A stretch of 64,000 bases of DNA from Bdellovibrionota bacterium (GTDB taxonomy: Bacteria > Bdellovibrionota_C > UBA2361 > OMII01), in NCBI GenBank assembly GCA_044360075.1, contig JBIKLA010000011.1, positions 26,668 through 90,667 on the forward strand. Reading direction: 5' to 3'. This document shows, one piece after another, positions 37,440 to 47,680 of the stretch. The position numbers were made by a program, and so were the translations under genes. The notes beneath the pieces were generated by a model that saw only the letters and a list, made by a program, of their open reading frames with translations, was not told the origin of the DNA and did no database searches. Positions within the stretch are counted from its first letter, which is position 1; every line of letters begins with the position of its first letter.

Positions 37440-38102
37440 TGATGCGCGATCGGTTGATCTTCGAGCCGAGACTCGCATGCGTGAATCTCTTTCGACTCAA
37501 CTCATCATCAAATAAGTACTTGCCAACATGAAGAAGCGGTGTCAACCTGAGCCCAATGTTGAGCGCTTCGCTGCTCACTGACTAAGCCTCGCGCTTCTGA
37601 GAGCGACGAAGGATGGTGAGTGAGCGACGAAGTGAGAGAAAGGCGCGAGCATCAGCACCGACCTTCTCTTAGACAACAGACTCAATCAGCGGCAGCGCGC
37701 AGTAGGATGTTGCCGGTGAAGTTGAAAGAAGGTTGGTCGGTAGCGACGCGGTGGGGGAGGTAGCAGTAAATCCCTCCGGTGCTATCGAGAGCTGCGTAAC
37801 GGATCGTCTCGGAGAGAAAACTCTTTCCTTCGGCGAAAAAATTATGCAGCATTCGTAGAGCAGAAATGTCAAGCTCTGAATCTTATCGTTCGATAAGACA
37901 GAGTAGGCAGTTCAGCGGAGACAATGCGCATCATCTTCTGCACAATTGGAAGTAGCGCGCGGTCTTTTGCTGAATATAGTTTCGGCCGAGCCCAGTTTGT
38001 TCGGTGAAGGTTTTCCTTCATCAACAAGTGTTGGCTGGGCCGGTAAACAAACGTAGATAGCGGAAAGAACTTGTTCTTACGCGATCAACACTGGAGAAAA
38101 AA

Positions 38103-38183
38103 ATGGCTAAGAAAGCAAAGAAGACCACCAAGAAGGCAGCTGCTAAGAAGAAGACCACCAAGAAGGCTTCTAAGAAGAAGTAA
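38103..38183 (+). CDS. 26-aa lysine-rich mini-protein MAKKAKKTTKKAAAKKKTTKKASKKK (histone-H1-tail-like or ribosome-associated basic peptide?)
   Basis: Canonical GGAG ribosome-binding site 6 nt upstream of the ATG, and a hairpin plus T8 tract immediately after the stop. Too short for the ORF track. Confidence 0.5.
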   Translation: MAKKAKKTTKKAAAKKKTTKKASKKK

Positions 38184-38246
38184 GCAGGCGCCTAGCGTCT
38201 TATGGCGCCCTCCGGCACTCTCGAGTGTCGGGGGGCGTTTTTTTTG
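38184..38246 (+). terminator. probable intrinsic terminator (GGCGCC-loop-GGCGCC hairpin, second GC hairpin, T8 run)
   Basis: Stem GGCGCC/GGCGCC with an 11-nt loop, then ggcactctcgagtgtcgggggg followed by TTTTTTTT. Confidence 0.55.
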
Positions 38247-38354
38247 GACACAGCCAGCCCCTTCGGCTGCAACAAAAACATCAAATGCAAACGAAGTTCG
38301 AAAAAAACTTTGCATTATGAGCTTGTGCCCTGCAAAAACTTTGTGGCACTCGCC

Positions 38355-39863
38355 CTAGGGATTAAAGCTCTTCAAAAGCGTCCTGATCCATCCCTTCACA
38401 TCTCCCGGAGCCGAAGCTGAAGAACCAGCGGCTGGGAGGGTCAGGATCTGCGGCTCCGTCATGGCTGAACCCGATCGGCACGCAACCTTTACCATAAAGA
38501 GCACCTGCGTGTCGGACGAGGGATCCGAAGGCCTCGGGGCCGTAAACGCGAAAGAAGCGCCGGCATAGCCCGCCACAGACGTGACGTTCTGCACACTGAT
38601 GCGCCCAAAGGGCCCGGAAGGCCGACCCTTATCCATGGCGCGGACATACAGTACCGCCTTGCAGCTCTCCGCCACTGCGCTTGAGAGCGCAACGGTCGCA
38701 TTAAAGGCCTCCGCCGTGGTGTTAGCCAGCGAAAGCGATGCTTGGTGGTACGGCATTCGCTCAATACAACGCATCGAGCGCGAAATGGCCGTCTTCATCG
38801 TGGAACGGGCGCCCCCCGAAAAGTGGTCCATGGTCGGGGACAGGACCGGGTTCATTATCGAATTAGGCTCATTGTCATGGACCGCGCCGAGATTGTGTCC
38901 CACCTCATGCGCGAGCAGAAGGGGCTGCAGGGCGTCGGTGATGTAGCGAGAAAGCCCGATATTGAACCGCAGGTTCCCCGAGCAGGCGGTGCGCACATAC
39001 GCAATTCCAACCGTCCTGCCGACTAGCTCCCGGCCGGTAAAGAGATGGTAGAGATCGGCCCTCCCTTGCTCCCTCTTAAGCCCTTGGCGAAAAGCCTCAA
39101 GCAGCGCGCCCGCGTCTACCTCACCCGGCGAAGGAACCCCCGACGTCGCCACTCCCTGATTCGTGACGCGAAAGCGGATCCCCATCGAACTTGCGTAGAG
39201 CACCTCGCTGGCATGCAGCACTGCCGCGATATAGTCACCCGAGGCCTGGCCATACTTAAGAAAGAAATCGTAATCGGCACGGACTGCTATCTCGACTACC
39301 CGAGGCGGATTAAACGGCTGCGAATCGAGATCACCAAACGGTGAGACAACGCCGCGCGAAGTGCCGTTTTGCGCCCGCTCAACAGTATGCTCGCCACCGC
39401 TGCTGCCGCACGGCAGGGTGCGGGCGGACGCCTTTGAATACCGAACATTGCGCGCTGAGACTGTACCGTTCTCCTGCACAAGCCTGAAAGAAACCGAGGA
39501 GGGCACTCCGCGGCGCGATGAAGTAAAGAAGATAAGGGTCTTGGTGCCCATCCGCGTAGCAGCAACCGGCGAGTTCGAGCCGCGGCCCTTGCGCGGCCGT
39601 GACGCTCCCTTAAGGTGCACTGCGCTTGCCGTCCCAGGATTGTTTCCGTCAAGCTCAAGCTCAAACTGCTCAAGCCCGTACGGGGTCTCCACTGAGAAGT
39701 AGACATGCTGAGCCGGAGCCACTGTTGTTATGGTCGAGAACGTTCCGCGGACGGTTCGCTCTGCCGCGGCATCGGGAAGCCCAATAGCAAGGCCTAGAAA
39801 GAAAGCCCCAACGTTCCCCCAGAACCATCCGTGATGAGCAGCCATGATACATCTCCCTTGCAT
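38355..39863 (-). CDS. secreted metzincin-type zinc metalloprotease (reprolysin/M12B-like)
   Basis: Extended zinc motif HEVGHNLGAVHD with a downstream Met-turn region and a signal peptide. Confidence 0.75.
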   Translation of the reverse strand: MQGRCIMAAHHGWFWGNVGAFFLGLAIGLPDAAAERTVRGTFSTITTVAPAQHVYFSVETPYGLEQFELELDGNNPGTASAVHLKGASRPRKGRGSNSPVAATRMGTKTLIFFTSSRRGVPSSVSFRLVQENGTVSARNVRYSKASARTLPCGSSGGEHTVERAQNGTSRGVVSPFGDLDSQPFNPPRVVEIAVRADYDFFLKYGQASGDYIAAVLHASEVLYASSMGIRFRVTNQGVATSGVPSPGEVDAGALLEAFRQGLKREQGRADLYHLFTGRELVGRTVGIAYVRTACSGNLRFNIGLSRYITDALQPLLLAHEVGHNLGAVHDNEPNSIMNPVLSPTMDHFSGGARSTMKTAISRSMRCIERMPYHQASLSLANTTAEAFNATVALSSAVAESCKAVLYVRAMDKGRPSGPFGRISVQNVTSVAGYAGASFAFTAPRPSDPSSDTQVLFMVKVACRSGSAMTEPQILTLPAAGSSASAPGDVKGWIRTLLKSFNP

Positions 39864-39958
39864 GCGCTACGCTTGGCCTTGCACACCGTAGTGCGGCACG
39901 ACTTCTGGATATGTAACAGAGGGAGCGGGGCTAAGATAGTCGAGGGTAAAACCTTGAA

Positions 39959-41815
39959 TTAACGATCGAATCCCAGGCGGGCAGCGGCATTTTCAGGCCC
40001 GACTACCTCGCTTCGGAGGCGGGCGTTGAAGAGCTGGCCGGCGGCAAAGATGATACGAGGCTCACCTGCCTGGCTGCCATCTGGCCCATCGCGCAGGGGC
40101 ACCGCAACGTCGATCCGCACGATGCCTCCGCCCGTCGCTCGAGGGAAGCAGAAGCGCAGACCCACGCCCACGTCGCTGTAGACGTCCTGAGTAAACAGGT
40201 CGCCGAGGGAATTAGAGTTGGCTGCGCCGACATCGACGAAGGCAGCCGTGCCGAGGCTCACGAGCTGAAAGAGGTCATCCACCAGATGCGTTCGCTCCTC
40301 CAGGTTGAAGGAGAATCGCTTGTCGCCCGAAAACGTGTTGACTTCATAGCCACGAAGCCCGGTGTCGGCGCCAAGCAGGAGCTGCCGGTCCTTGTCGAGG
40401 TCCTCTCCCCAGTCGAGGTAAAACTGGCTGGCGAAGGTATGGCGGCCGAGGAAGAGATCCCCGGCAAACATGTCGCCTATAACGGAGTAGAACTTCGCCT
40501 CTCCACGCAGCAGGGTATTTTGAAAATCATTTTGAGCGACGCGGGTTGAGCCTCCGACCTCTCCGCGCAGGAATGACCGGTCAGATGTGCGCCAGCCCTT
40601 ATTGCGGTTTCCGGTAAAGAGCCCAGCGTTGTACATCGAGCCAAGCGATGTGGGTGCTGCCTGCGCGATCACGAGGGACTCATCACCGAGATTGTAGTCC
40701 TCAGGCCGATCGAAGCGGTCGATGTAGTTCATCGTAATGAACTTGGGCTCTACAGACTGGTACTGGAGCATGGGCCCTGAGAATCGTCGGTTCGCTGGCA
40801 CGCCCGATATGTTGTTGCTCACGGTCGAAGGGTTGAGGTCCAGATCCTCGTAGTCCTGCTCGGTGGCCTGGAAGAACGTGGCGTTGTCGTAGCCGTAGCC
40901 GACAGAGTAGCGCTGCGAGAGGATCGTTTGCCCCTTGTAGATTCCGGTGTAGGGGTCATCCTCCGCAGCCGGCTTAGCTGCCTTGCCCGCAAAAGTGTAC
41001 AGGGCGGTCACGTCATCGAGGTGCTGGCGGAAGATGTAGTTTTCGGTGCCCGCGTACCATAGCCGCCCGACCGTGTTCTGCTTGCCGGCATCGATCTGCC
41101 ATGCATCCCGCTGCTCAAGATCGCGGAACGGCAGCCCATAAATAAACTGGTAAACCTCGCCATCAGAACGGTCGGCAGCGGCGATGACCATGTTGTGCAG
41201 CGTGCTAAAAGCTTGTGGATCGGTAATCGCCACGCCGTAAGACTTTCGGGATGCGCTCTCCTGGTAGCGAGCCTCGACGCGAGTGGCGCCACCTAAAAGG
41301 TTCGAGTCTGCTATACCGACACCGCGATTATTCTGTCCCGTGCCTGACGAGTAGGCGAGGTAGGGTACGAGGGTCCAGCTGTCGCGGGCAGAGATCAAGA
41401 CATCGACGGCGTCGCCGTCGAAGGTCGGAACGACGCGAATCTCACGCAGGTAGCGTTGAAGGCGGAGGTTTCGCTCTGTCTGTTTAAGGAGGTAGGGATT
41501 GAAAGGATCGCCCTCTCGAAATCGAATCTCGTTTCGGATAACGCTCTCGTGTGTCTTGTACTTGATGCCATCTGCAACCTTGTAGGGGAGGGTTGAGTAG
41601 TCCTCGAAGATGTCCCCAACCTTGATCGTGATGGAGCGGATGTAGCGCTTGCCCGGCTTGACCACCCGCGGAGCTGTATCCTGCGCGGCTGCGTGCCGAG
41701 TCGCGACGATCAGCAACGCCGCAACGACCAGTAGATTTCGAAGCCGAAGCATCATGATTTTGAAAACCTTCGCGGGGCTCAGGGGGGCCGTGCCGAGGGC
41801 AGATTCCTCAGACAC
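39959..41815 (-). CDS. Omp85/surface-antigen D15-family outer-membrane beta-barrel protein (POTRA plus barrel; TamA/TpsB-like)
   Basis: Signal peptide, one POTRA-like domain, and a C-terminal Bac_surface_Ag-type barrel ending in an aromatic residue. At 618 aa it is distinct from the 768-aa BamA further downstream. Confidence 0.65.
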   Translation of the reverse strand: MSEESALGTAPLSPAKVFKIMMLRLRNLLVVAALLIVATRHAAAQDTAPRVVKPGKRYIRSITIKVGDIFEDYSTLPYKVADGIKYKTHESVIRNEIRFREGDPFNPYLLKQTERNLRLQRYLREIRVVPTFDGDAVDVLISARDSWTLVPYLAYSSGTGQNNRGVGIADSNLLGGATRVEARYQESASRKSYGVAITDPQAFSTLHNMVIAAADRSDGEVYQFIYGLPFRDLEQRDAWQIDAGKQNTVGRLWYAGTENYIFRQHLDDVTALYTFAGKAAKPAAEDDPYTGIYKGQTILSQRYSVGYGYDNATFFQATEQDYEDLDLNPSTVSNNISGVPANRRFSGPMLQYQSVEPKFITMNYIDRFDRPEDYNLGDESLVIAQAAPTSLGSMYNAGLFTGNRNKGWRTSDRSFLRGEVGGSTRVAQNDFQNTLLRGEAKFYSVIGDMFAGDLFLGRHTFASQFYLDWGEDLDKDRQLLLGADTGLRGYEVNTFSGDKRFSFNLEERTHLVDDLFQLVSLGTAAFVDVGAANSNSLGDLFTQDVYSDVGVGLRFCFPRATGGGIVRIDVAVPLRDGPDGSQAGEPRIIFAAGQLFNARLRSEVVGPENAAARLGFDR

Positions 41816-42095
41816 TTTTCCCCATGTTTATGATGCGATTACCGGGATTTACGATCCCTATAGGACGCCGACAAGACGCGTTTTTTCGACCATTTTCGGA
41901 GCAAAAAGGGGCCGCCCGAAGGCGCGCCCACTAAGAATCCAAGGGGCCGCGCACATGGCTGCTCAGCGGCTAAAAAGACACACCGCCTCAGCGCGCTTTC
42001 AAAGCCTTGTTTTACTGTCGAGGCGATGCCTCCGGAAGAATTATACTTCGGCGAATTCGTTGACGTATTTCAGCCAGATAGCTATCGTTCGCACG

Positions 42096-43379
42096 ATGAC
42101 CTCTTGGAGTTTCTCACGAAAGATAGCGCTGCGTTACCTGTGGAGTAGGCGCTCGGAGGCATTCATCTCGATCATCACAGTTATATCTGTAGTCGGCGTG
42201 GCGATCGGCGTGATGGTTCTTAACATCGTTATGGCCGTAATGACGGGCTTCGAGACGGAGCTCCGGGAAAAGATAGTCGGAACGGATTCCCACGTCGTTA
42301 TTAGCAGCAAGCACTCGGCATGGATAGACGATTACAAGGCCGTCGCATCCTCGGTTCAGGATGTGCCGGGAGTGCGGTCAGTATCCCCGTTCACCTACCA
42401 TCAGGTGCTGATTCGATCTGATTCCCGCGCGTCTGGGCTGCTGCTGCGGGGGATAGAGAAGGGCAGCGCCTCGGCTGATCAGATCAAGAGCTACCTCGGC
42501 CCCAAGCAGTCACTCGACACGCTCTTTAGTCCCCCGCCTGTGACGGTGCTCACGGCCTCGGGCGAGGAGAGCGAAGCCGCAATTCCGGGAATCCTCATCG
42601 GGCGGTCGCTGGCAACCTCCCTCGGAGTGTTCGCTGGCACGCCCGTGTCGATACTCTCGCCCCAGGTTACCTCGACGCCGTTTGGCCTTGTGCCGCAGTT
42701 CCGCCGTTTCGTGGTGGTAGGATCGTACAGCTCAGGTCTCGTCGAGTACGAGAACGGCGTGGCGTACATAAGCCTTGAGGAGGCCCAGAAGTTCTTCGAC
42801 ATGAAAGGCGGCGTAACCGGACTTGAGGTGCGGGTCAACGACGTCAACCAGGCGCCGGCTATCGCCAAGCGCATCCTTGAGAAGCTTGGCGGCGTGGGCT
42901 CAAACTTCCTGGTGCGCGACTGGACGGCCACGAACAGGCCGCTGTGGGACGCAATTCAGCTCGAAAAGCGGGTGTATTTCATCGTGCTGCTCCTTATTAT
43001 CGTGATGGCGAGCTTTTCGATTATCACCACCCTTATCATGATCGTCATCGAGAAGCGCAAGGATATCGCAATTATGAAGACGCTGGGCGCGTCAACGAAG
43101 AGTGTCAGCCGAATCTTCCGCATCCAGGGCGCAGTCATCGGCGGCGTCGGCACTGTGCTCGGCCTGCTTTTGGGATATGTGGGCTGCGTCGGCCTGCGCG
43201 AGTTCGGCTTCCCGATAGATGAGCGCATCTTCCAGATGTCGCAATTGCCCGTCGAGATAGAGCCTGTCAACTTCGCGGTGGTAGGCATCGCGGCATTCCT
43301 TATCTGCTTCTTTGCGACGGTGTATCCGGCACGCCGCGCAGCGCAGCTTGAGCCGAGCGAGGTGCTTCGCTATGACTAG
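42096..43379 (+). CDS. lolC: lipoprotein-releasing system permease LolC/LolE (FtsX family)
   Basis: IALRYLWSRRSEAFISIITVISVVGVAIGV N-terminus, FtsX C-terminal domain, and the adjacent lolD. The start is taken at ATG 42096. Confidence 0.85.
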   Translation: MTSWSFSRKIALRYLWSRRSEAFISIITVISVVGVAIGVMVLNIVMAVMTGFETELREKIVGTDSHVVISSKHSAWIDDYKAVASSVQDVPGVRSVSPFTYHQVLIRSDSRASGLLLRGIEKGSASADQIKSYLGPKQSLDTLFSPPPVTVLTASGEESEAAIPGILIGRSLATSLGVFAGTPVSILSPQVTSTPFGLVPQFRRFVVVGSYSSGLVEYENGVAYISLEEAQKFFDMKGGVTGLEVRVNDVNQAPAIAKRILEKLGGVGSNFLVRDWTATNRPLWDAIQLEKRVYFIVLLLIIVMASFSIITTLIMIVIEKRKDIAIMKTLGASTKSVSRIFRIQGAVIGGVGTVLGLLLGYVGCVGLREFGFPIDERIFQMSQLPVEIEPVNFAVVGIAAFLICFFATVYPARRAAQLEPSEVLRYD

Positions 43380-43421
43380 GGGCTTTCAACGGCCGTGGCG
43401 CCCCCTACCGCAGGAGGAACG

Positions 43422-44129
43422 ATGCGAGTAGAGCTTAAGAACCTCTCGAAGAGGTACAAGGATGCCGACCGAGAACTGACGGTTATTAATCGGCTGACCT
43501 TCTCCTTTCCCGAGCGGGGCACGGTGGCCATCATCGGCCGCTCCGGCATCGGCAAGTCAACCCTTATGCACCTTCTTGGAGGGCTCGACACTCCATCTGA
43601 GGGCCAGGTGCTGTATGGGGACGCTGACATTAGCGCCCTCGAATCTGACGCGCGCGCCGCATTTCGCGCGAAAAACGTTGGCTTTATCTTTCAGTTTCAC
43701 CATCTCCTGCCAGAGTTTTCCGCAGTAGAGAATGTGGCCCTGCCCCTCATCATGTCGGGCATGCGCGACGATGAGGCGCACGAACGCGCGTCGGCGCTCC
43801 TTGACCGAATGGGAATGAAGCCGCGCGAGGAGCACAGGCCATCGCAACTTTCGGGTGGGGAGCAGCAGCGCGTCGCGATAGCACGGGCGCTCGTGACACG
43901 GCCGCGAGTCGTGCTTGCGGACGAGCCGACGGGCAACCTCGACGTCGTCACGGCAGCCGAAGTGCAGGAGCTGCTCATGCAAATGAACCGGGAGCTTGAG
44001 AACACGCTTATCGTCGTCACCCACAGCCACGAGCTTGCCCGCACCATGGATCTCGTCGTCGAGATGCTTCCGGGCGGAGGATTAATTGAGCATCGCGCGA
44101 AGAATGCGGGACGAGAGGAGATAGGATAA
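43422..44129 (+). CDS. lolD: lipoprotein-releasing ABC transporter ATP-binding protein LolD
   Basis: Walker A GRSGIGKST, ABC signature LSGGEQQRVAIARAL, and Walker B VVLADEPTGNLD. Confidence 0.9.
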   Translation: MRVELKNLSKRYKDADRELTVINRLTFSFPERGTVAIIGRSGIGKSTLMHLLGGLDTPSEGQVLYGDADISALESDARAAFRAKNVGFIFQFHHLLPEFSAVENVALPLIMSGMRDDEAHERASALLDRMGMKPREEHRPSQLSGGEQQRVAIARALVTRPRVVLADEPTGNLDVVTAAEVQELLMQMNRELENTLIVVTHSHELARTMDLVVEMLPGGGLIEHRAKNAGREEIG

Positions 44130-46435
44130 TGCGGCTCTTCGCAAACATGCTTGGCCTGCTTGTGCCGTTGGCTATCTCCGCCGGAGGCATTTTGCCGCTT
44201 CCGGCTCATGCACAGGAGGCAAGATCTTTTGTTGTGCGGGACGTGGAGATTGATGGCAACCGGCGCATCGACACGGGTGCGGTGCGCTCCCAGATCGAGA
44301 ACCTCAGCGGCCGGGTCTCTGAGGCCCAGCTAAGCGAGGACGTAAAGACACTCTATAACTCCGGATATTTTGACCAGGTACTCTTAAGCATTCTGCCGCA
44401 CGGGGATGGGACCGTAACAGTAAAATTCACGGTCACCGAGAAGCCAATTGCTCGAAAGATACTCATCAAGGGCAACGACGAGGTTTCAGAGGATGACCTG
44501 GCCGATGTGCTTAAGCTGGAGGGCCGCCGCTTCGTTGACCGCAGCAAGATTCAGACCCTCATGCGCAAGGCACAGCGTTACTACCAGGCCCAGGGCTACT
44601 ACGACGCCACCCTCGACTACTCGTCGACCCCCGTAGGCGAAAACGAGGTTGACGTCACGTTCCATGTGAACGAGGGAAAGCGCTACTACGTGCGCGAGGT
44701 CGTTCTGCAAGGGGTGCACGACCTCGATGAGGATGAGATGCGAGCTCCGCTCCAGACCCAAAGATATAAGTGGTGGAGCTCGTGGCTTTTCGGGACGGGC
44801 AAAGTTAGTGAGGAGATGACGGAGGCGGACAAGCAGATCCTTAAGCAGTACCTTCTCGACCACGGGTATATCGAGAGCAACGTCGGAGACGCCTCGATCG
44901 AGAAGCGCGAGGACGGCTTGTACGTCGTATTCGACGTCGCCGAAGGGCAGGAGTTCAAAATTGGCAAGATTACGGCCAGCGGGGACCTCGTCGACGGGTC
45001 GAAGGAAAAGACCGTCGAGGACCTCAAGAGTGAGGGGGGAGAGGTCTTTAGCGCCTCGAACGTGCGGGCAGACATCTTTACCATCACCGACCGCTTCGGT
45101 GACGAGGGATACGCATTTGCCAACGTGGTTCCGAACACGTCTCTCAACAGGGACAATGGCACGGTCGATCTCGACTTCTCCAGCACCAAGGGCAAGCCAG
45201 TAAAGATCGGCAAGATAACGATTACGGGTAACGAAAAGACATATGACAACGTTGTCCGGCGCGAGATGCGCATTCAGGAGCAGCACCGGTATAGCGGAAC
45301 AAAGGTGCGCAAGAGCCAGACGATGCTTGAGCGGCTCGGCATCTTCGACGAGGTTACGGTCAACAACAAGCCAACCGCCGATCCCGCCGTTATCGACCTC
45401 GACGTGAACGTCAAGGAGGGCTCAACCGGAAGCTTTACTGCGGGAGCAGGATACTCCACCGCAAACGGCGCCGTCTTCAACACAAAGCTCTCCGAGAACA
45501 ACCTGTTTGGAACCGGAAACAAGCTTAACCTTAACCTCGACTTCGGATCCCAAATCTCCAACCAGGTGCTGTCCTTCGACAACCCGCGCCTGAATGACAG
45601 CCACTTCTCCTTCGGTGCCGACGTCTTGAGAACAACCCGGCAATACCAAGACTTTAACCGCGAGCTGGCTGGAGGCTCGACCTCTCTCGGATATCCGGCT
45701 GAGCTGGTGTTCGGCGAGTGGGCGCAGGACATCGCAATGACAGCGAAGTACGAGATACTCGCAACCGACATCCGCGATGTGGCAGATGACTCGGCGCAGC
45801 TTGTAAAGGACTCGGTCGGGCGATCATCGGCTTCGGCCGTGACCCCGGGACTCTCGCGCAGCACCCTCGACAACCCAGGCAATCCCACGAAGGGCTCTCG
45901 CCAAAACCTCACGGTTGAATTCGCGGGTCTGGGCGGCGACCAGCAATTTTATCTTTTCGAGGCGAGAAACGCGTGGTACTACCCGCTTCTTAAGGGCGAA
46001 TTCGGCGAGTTCACGCTGGCCGACCGTACCTCTTTCGGGTACGGGCAGAGCCTTAACGACGACCCATTTCCTCTCTACCGGCGATTCTTCCCTGGAGGCA
46101 TCAACTCGGTGCGAGGCTACCAGAACCGCACCCTCGGCCCTGCGGACATCAACGGCCAGGAGTATGGAGGCAGCAAGCAGTTCATCAATAACGTTGAGCT
46201 CATCTTTCCACTCGTAACCTCTGCCGGCTTGCGGGGAGTTGTTTTCTACGATGTTGGCCAGGCATACGATGACAATGAGGCATTCGAGGTAAGCGGCTTG
46301 CGGCAGGGCGTCGGCTACGGTATCCGCTGGAACTCCCCGATGGGCCCCATCCGCTTCGAGATCGGCTATCCTATAGCCCGCCAAGAGGGAGAGGCGGCTC
46401 AGCAGACGATGTTCTCCTTCGGCGGTCCGATGTAG
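44129..46435 (+). CDS. bamA: outer-membrane protein assembly factor BamA
   Basis: 768 aa with a signal peptide, five POTRA-sized repeats, and an Omp85 barrel ending ...FSFGGPM. Confidence 0.85.
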   Translation: MRLFANMLGLLVPLAISAGGILPLPAHAQEARSFVVRDVEIDGNRRIDTGAVRSQIENLSGRVSEAQLSEDVKTLYNSGYFDQVLLSILPHGDGTVTVKFTVTEKPIARKILIKGNDEVSEDDLADVLKLEGRRFVDRSKIQTLMRKAQRYYQAQGYYDATLDYSSTPVGENEVDVTFHVNEGKRYYVREVVLQGVHDLDEDEMRAPLQTQRYKWWSSWLFGTGKVSEEMTEADKQILKQYLLDHGYIESNVGDASIEKREDGLYVVFDVAEGQEFKIGKITASGDLVDGSKEKTVEDLKSEGGEVFSASNVRADIFTITDRFGDEGYAFANVVPNTSLNRDNGTVDLDFSSTKGKPVKIGKITITGNEKTYDNVVRREMRIQEQHRYSGTKVRKSQTMLERLGIFDEVTVNNKPTADPAVIDLDVNVKEGSTGSFTAGAGYSTANGAVFNTKLSENNLFGTGNKLNLNLDFGSQISNQVLSFDNPRLNDSHFSFGADVLRTTRQYQDFNRELAGGSTSLGYPAELVFGEWAQDIAMTAKYEILATDIRDVADDSAQLVKDSVGRSSASAVTPGLSRSTLDNPGNPTKGSRQNLTVEFAGLGGDQQFYLFEARNAWYYPLLKGEFGEFTLADRTSFGYGQSLNDDPFPLYRRFFPGGINSVRGYQNRTLGPADINGQEYGGSKQFINNVELIFPLVTSAGLRGVVFYDVGQAYDDNEAFEVSGLRQGVGYGIRWNSPMGPIRFEIGYPIARQEGEAAQQTMFSFGGPM

Positions 46436-46456
46436 CACAGGCCCGTTCGGTTTCCG

Positions 46457-47680
46457 TTACGCCGGGATAACCTCGGTGTCCGAGAGCTCCTTGTCTTGCT
46501 CGTCCTCGTGGGCAAGGAACGGGTTGCGAGCCCTGCGGCGCAAAAGCGAGAACGTGTCGTGGTATCCCACCTCAATCAGGAGGTTAAGGTACTCAGGGTC
46601 GAGCGCCACATAGGACATGACTTCGTAGGCAGCCTCCTCTCCCAGCTTAGCCTTGACCAGGGTGAAGAGTGGCCAGAGCGCGCCGCACGCGTCCATGAAG
46701 CGCTTGCGAGAGCTCCCTACAGCCTGCTTGAGATATCCCCCAAGGGCTCCAGGATTTCGGATGGTAAGCGTCTCCGGCGGCCGCAGGCAGAATGTATCAT
46801 CGCCAGCCGGCACCTCCCAGCTCGGGCGCGTGTCGTGCGCTTCCCCGTACTGGTCGAGCCACCACGATCGGCCGGAGATATCGATGACTACGATGCGATG
46901 TGCGCCCAGCCGCACAGCCGGGTCAACCGGAATGTTCTGAGAGATCCCGCCGTCAACAAGCCGAACCCTGCCGCGGTCCGTGTCGAGCTCCACCGGCGGT
47001 AATATTGAGGGCAGCGCAGCCGAGGCGAAGCCGTGGCGGGAGTTAAGCTCCTGCACATAACACACATCAAAGGTAGCTCCAGATAGCTCCTCCTCGCTTA
47101 GCTGATGGTGCGAACTCAGGAACAGGAGAGGGCGGCGCTGGCTTCCCTCCATGGTGGTCATGACACCCACTGCGCGCAGTGAAGCCGCGCGATTTTCTGG
47201 GCGCAAGCCTCCCTCCTGGTGTATGACCCCGTTGAGCCGATGCTCAAGCGGAGCGGGATTCAGGACCGAGGTTTTGGACCCGTGCGGACCTGGCGCCAGA
47301 TACTGCTGCGTGGCGATGCGAATTGCGCGTAGGAAGGCGAGGGTGCGCGAGCCGGAGAAGGTGTTGCTGAAGGTCCTCTCGCGCCACAGCTCCTCAAGCG
47401 TCTCCACCGAATAGGCCATGCCTTTCTTGAGGCACGCCGCGAGAACCAGGCCATTCACCGCCCCGATGCTGCTCCCCAGAACGATGGAGGTATTGTCTAG
47501 GTCCTTGCCAAGCACCTGCGCGACGGCCTTGAGCGCCCCCGCCTGATAGGCAGCGCGGACCCCGCCCCCAGACAATACGATCCCGATGTCACTGCTGTTG
47601 GGCTCAAGCGACTTTCGAAATTTGACCGCCTTCTGATCGTCGGCCTGAGGCCGTCTCCTCATAAAAACCTTGAATTCCAC
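46457..47680 (-). CDS. patatin-like phospholipase
   Basis: GGGVRA oxyanion motif and GSSIG lipase serine motif; DGG near residue 250. Confidence 0.8.
   Translation of the reverse strand: MEFKVFMRRRPQADDQKAVKFRKSLEPNSSDIGIVLSGGGVRAAYQAGALKAVAQVLGKDLDNTSIVLGSSIGAVNGLVLAACLKKGMAYSVETLEELWRERTFSNTFSGSRTLAFLRAIRIATQQYLAPGPHGSKTSVLNPAPLEHRLNGVIHQEGGLRPENRAASLRAVGVMTTMEGSQRRPLLFLSSHHQLSEEELSGATFDVCYVQELNSRHGFASAALPSILPPVELDTDRGRVRLVDGGISQNIPVDPAVRLGAHRIVVIDISGRSWWLDQYGEAHDTRPSWEVPAGDDTFCLRPPETLTIRNPGALGGYLKQAVGSSRKRFMDACGALWPLFTLVKAKLGEEAAYEVMSYVALDPEYLNLLIEVGYHDTFSLLRRRARNPFLAHEDEQDKELSDTEVIPA

Noticed and set aside
37669-37872. 67-aa minus-strand ORF inside the 660-bp intergenic region
   Set aside because: It has no ribosome-binding site and a low-complexity translation. 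It lies in AT-richer non-coding DNA and is likely spurious.
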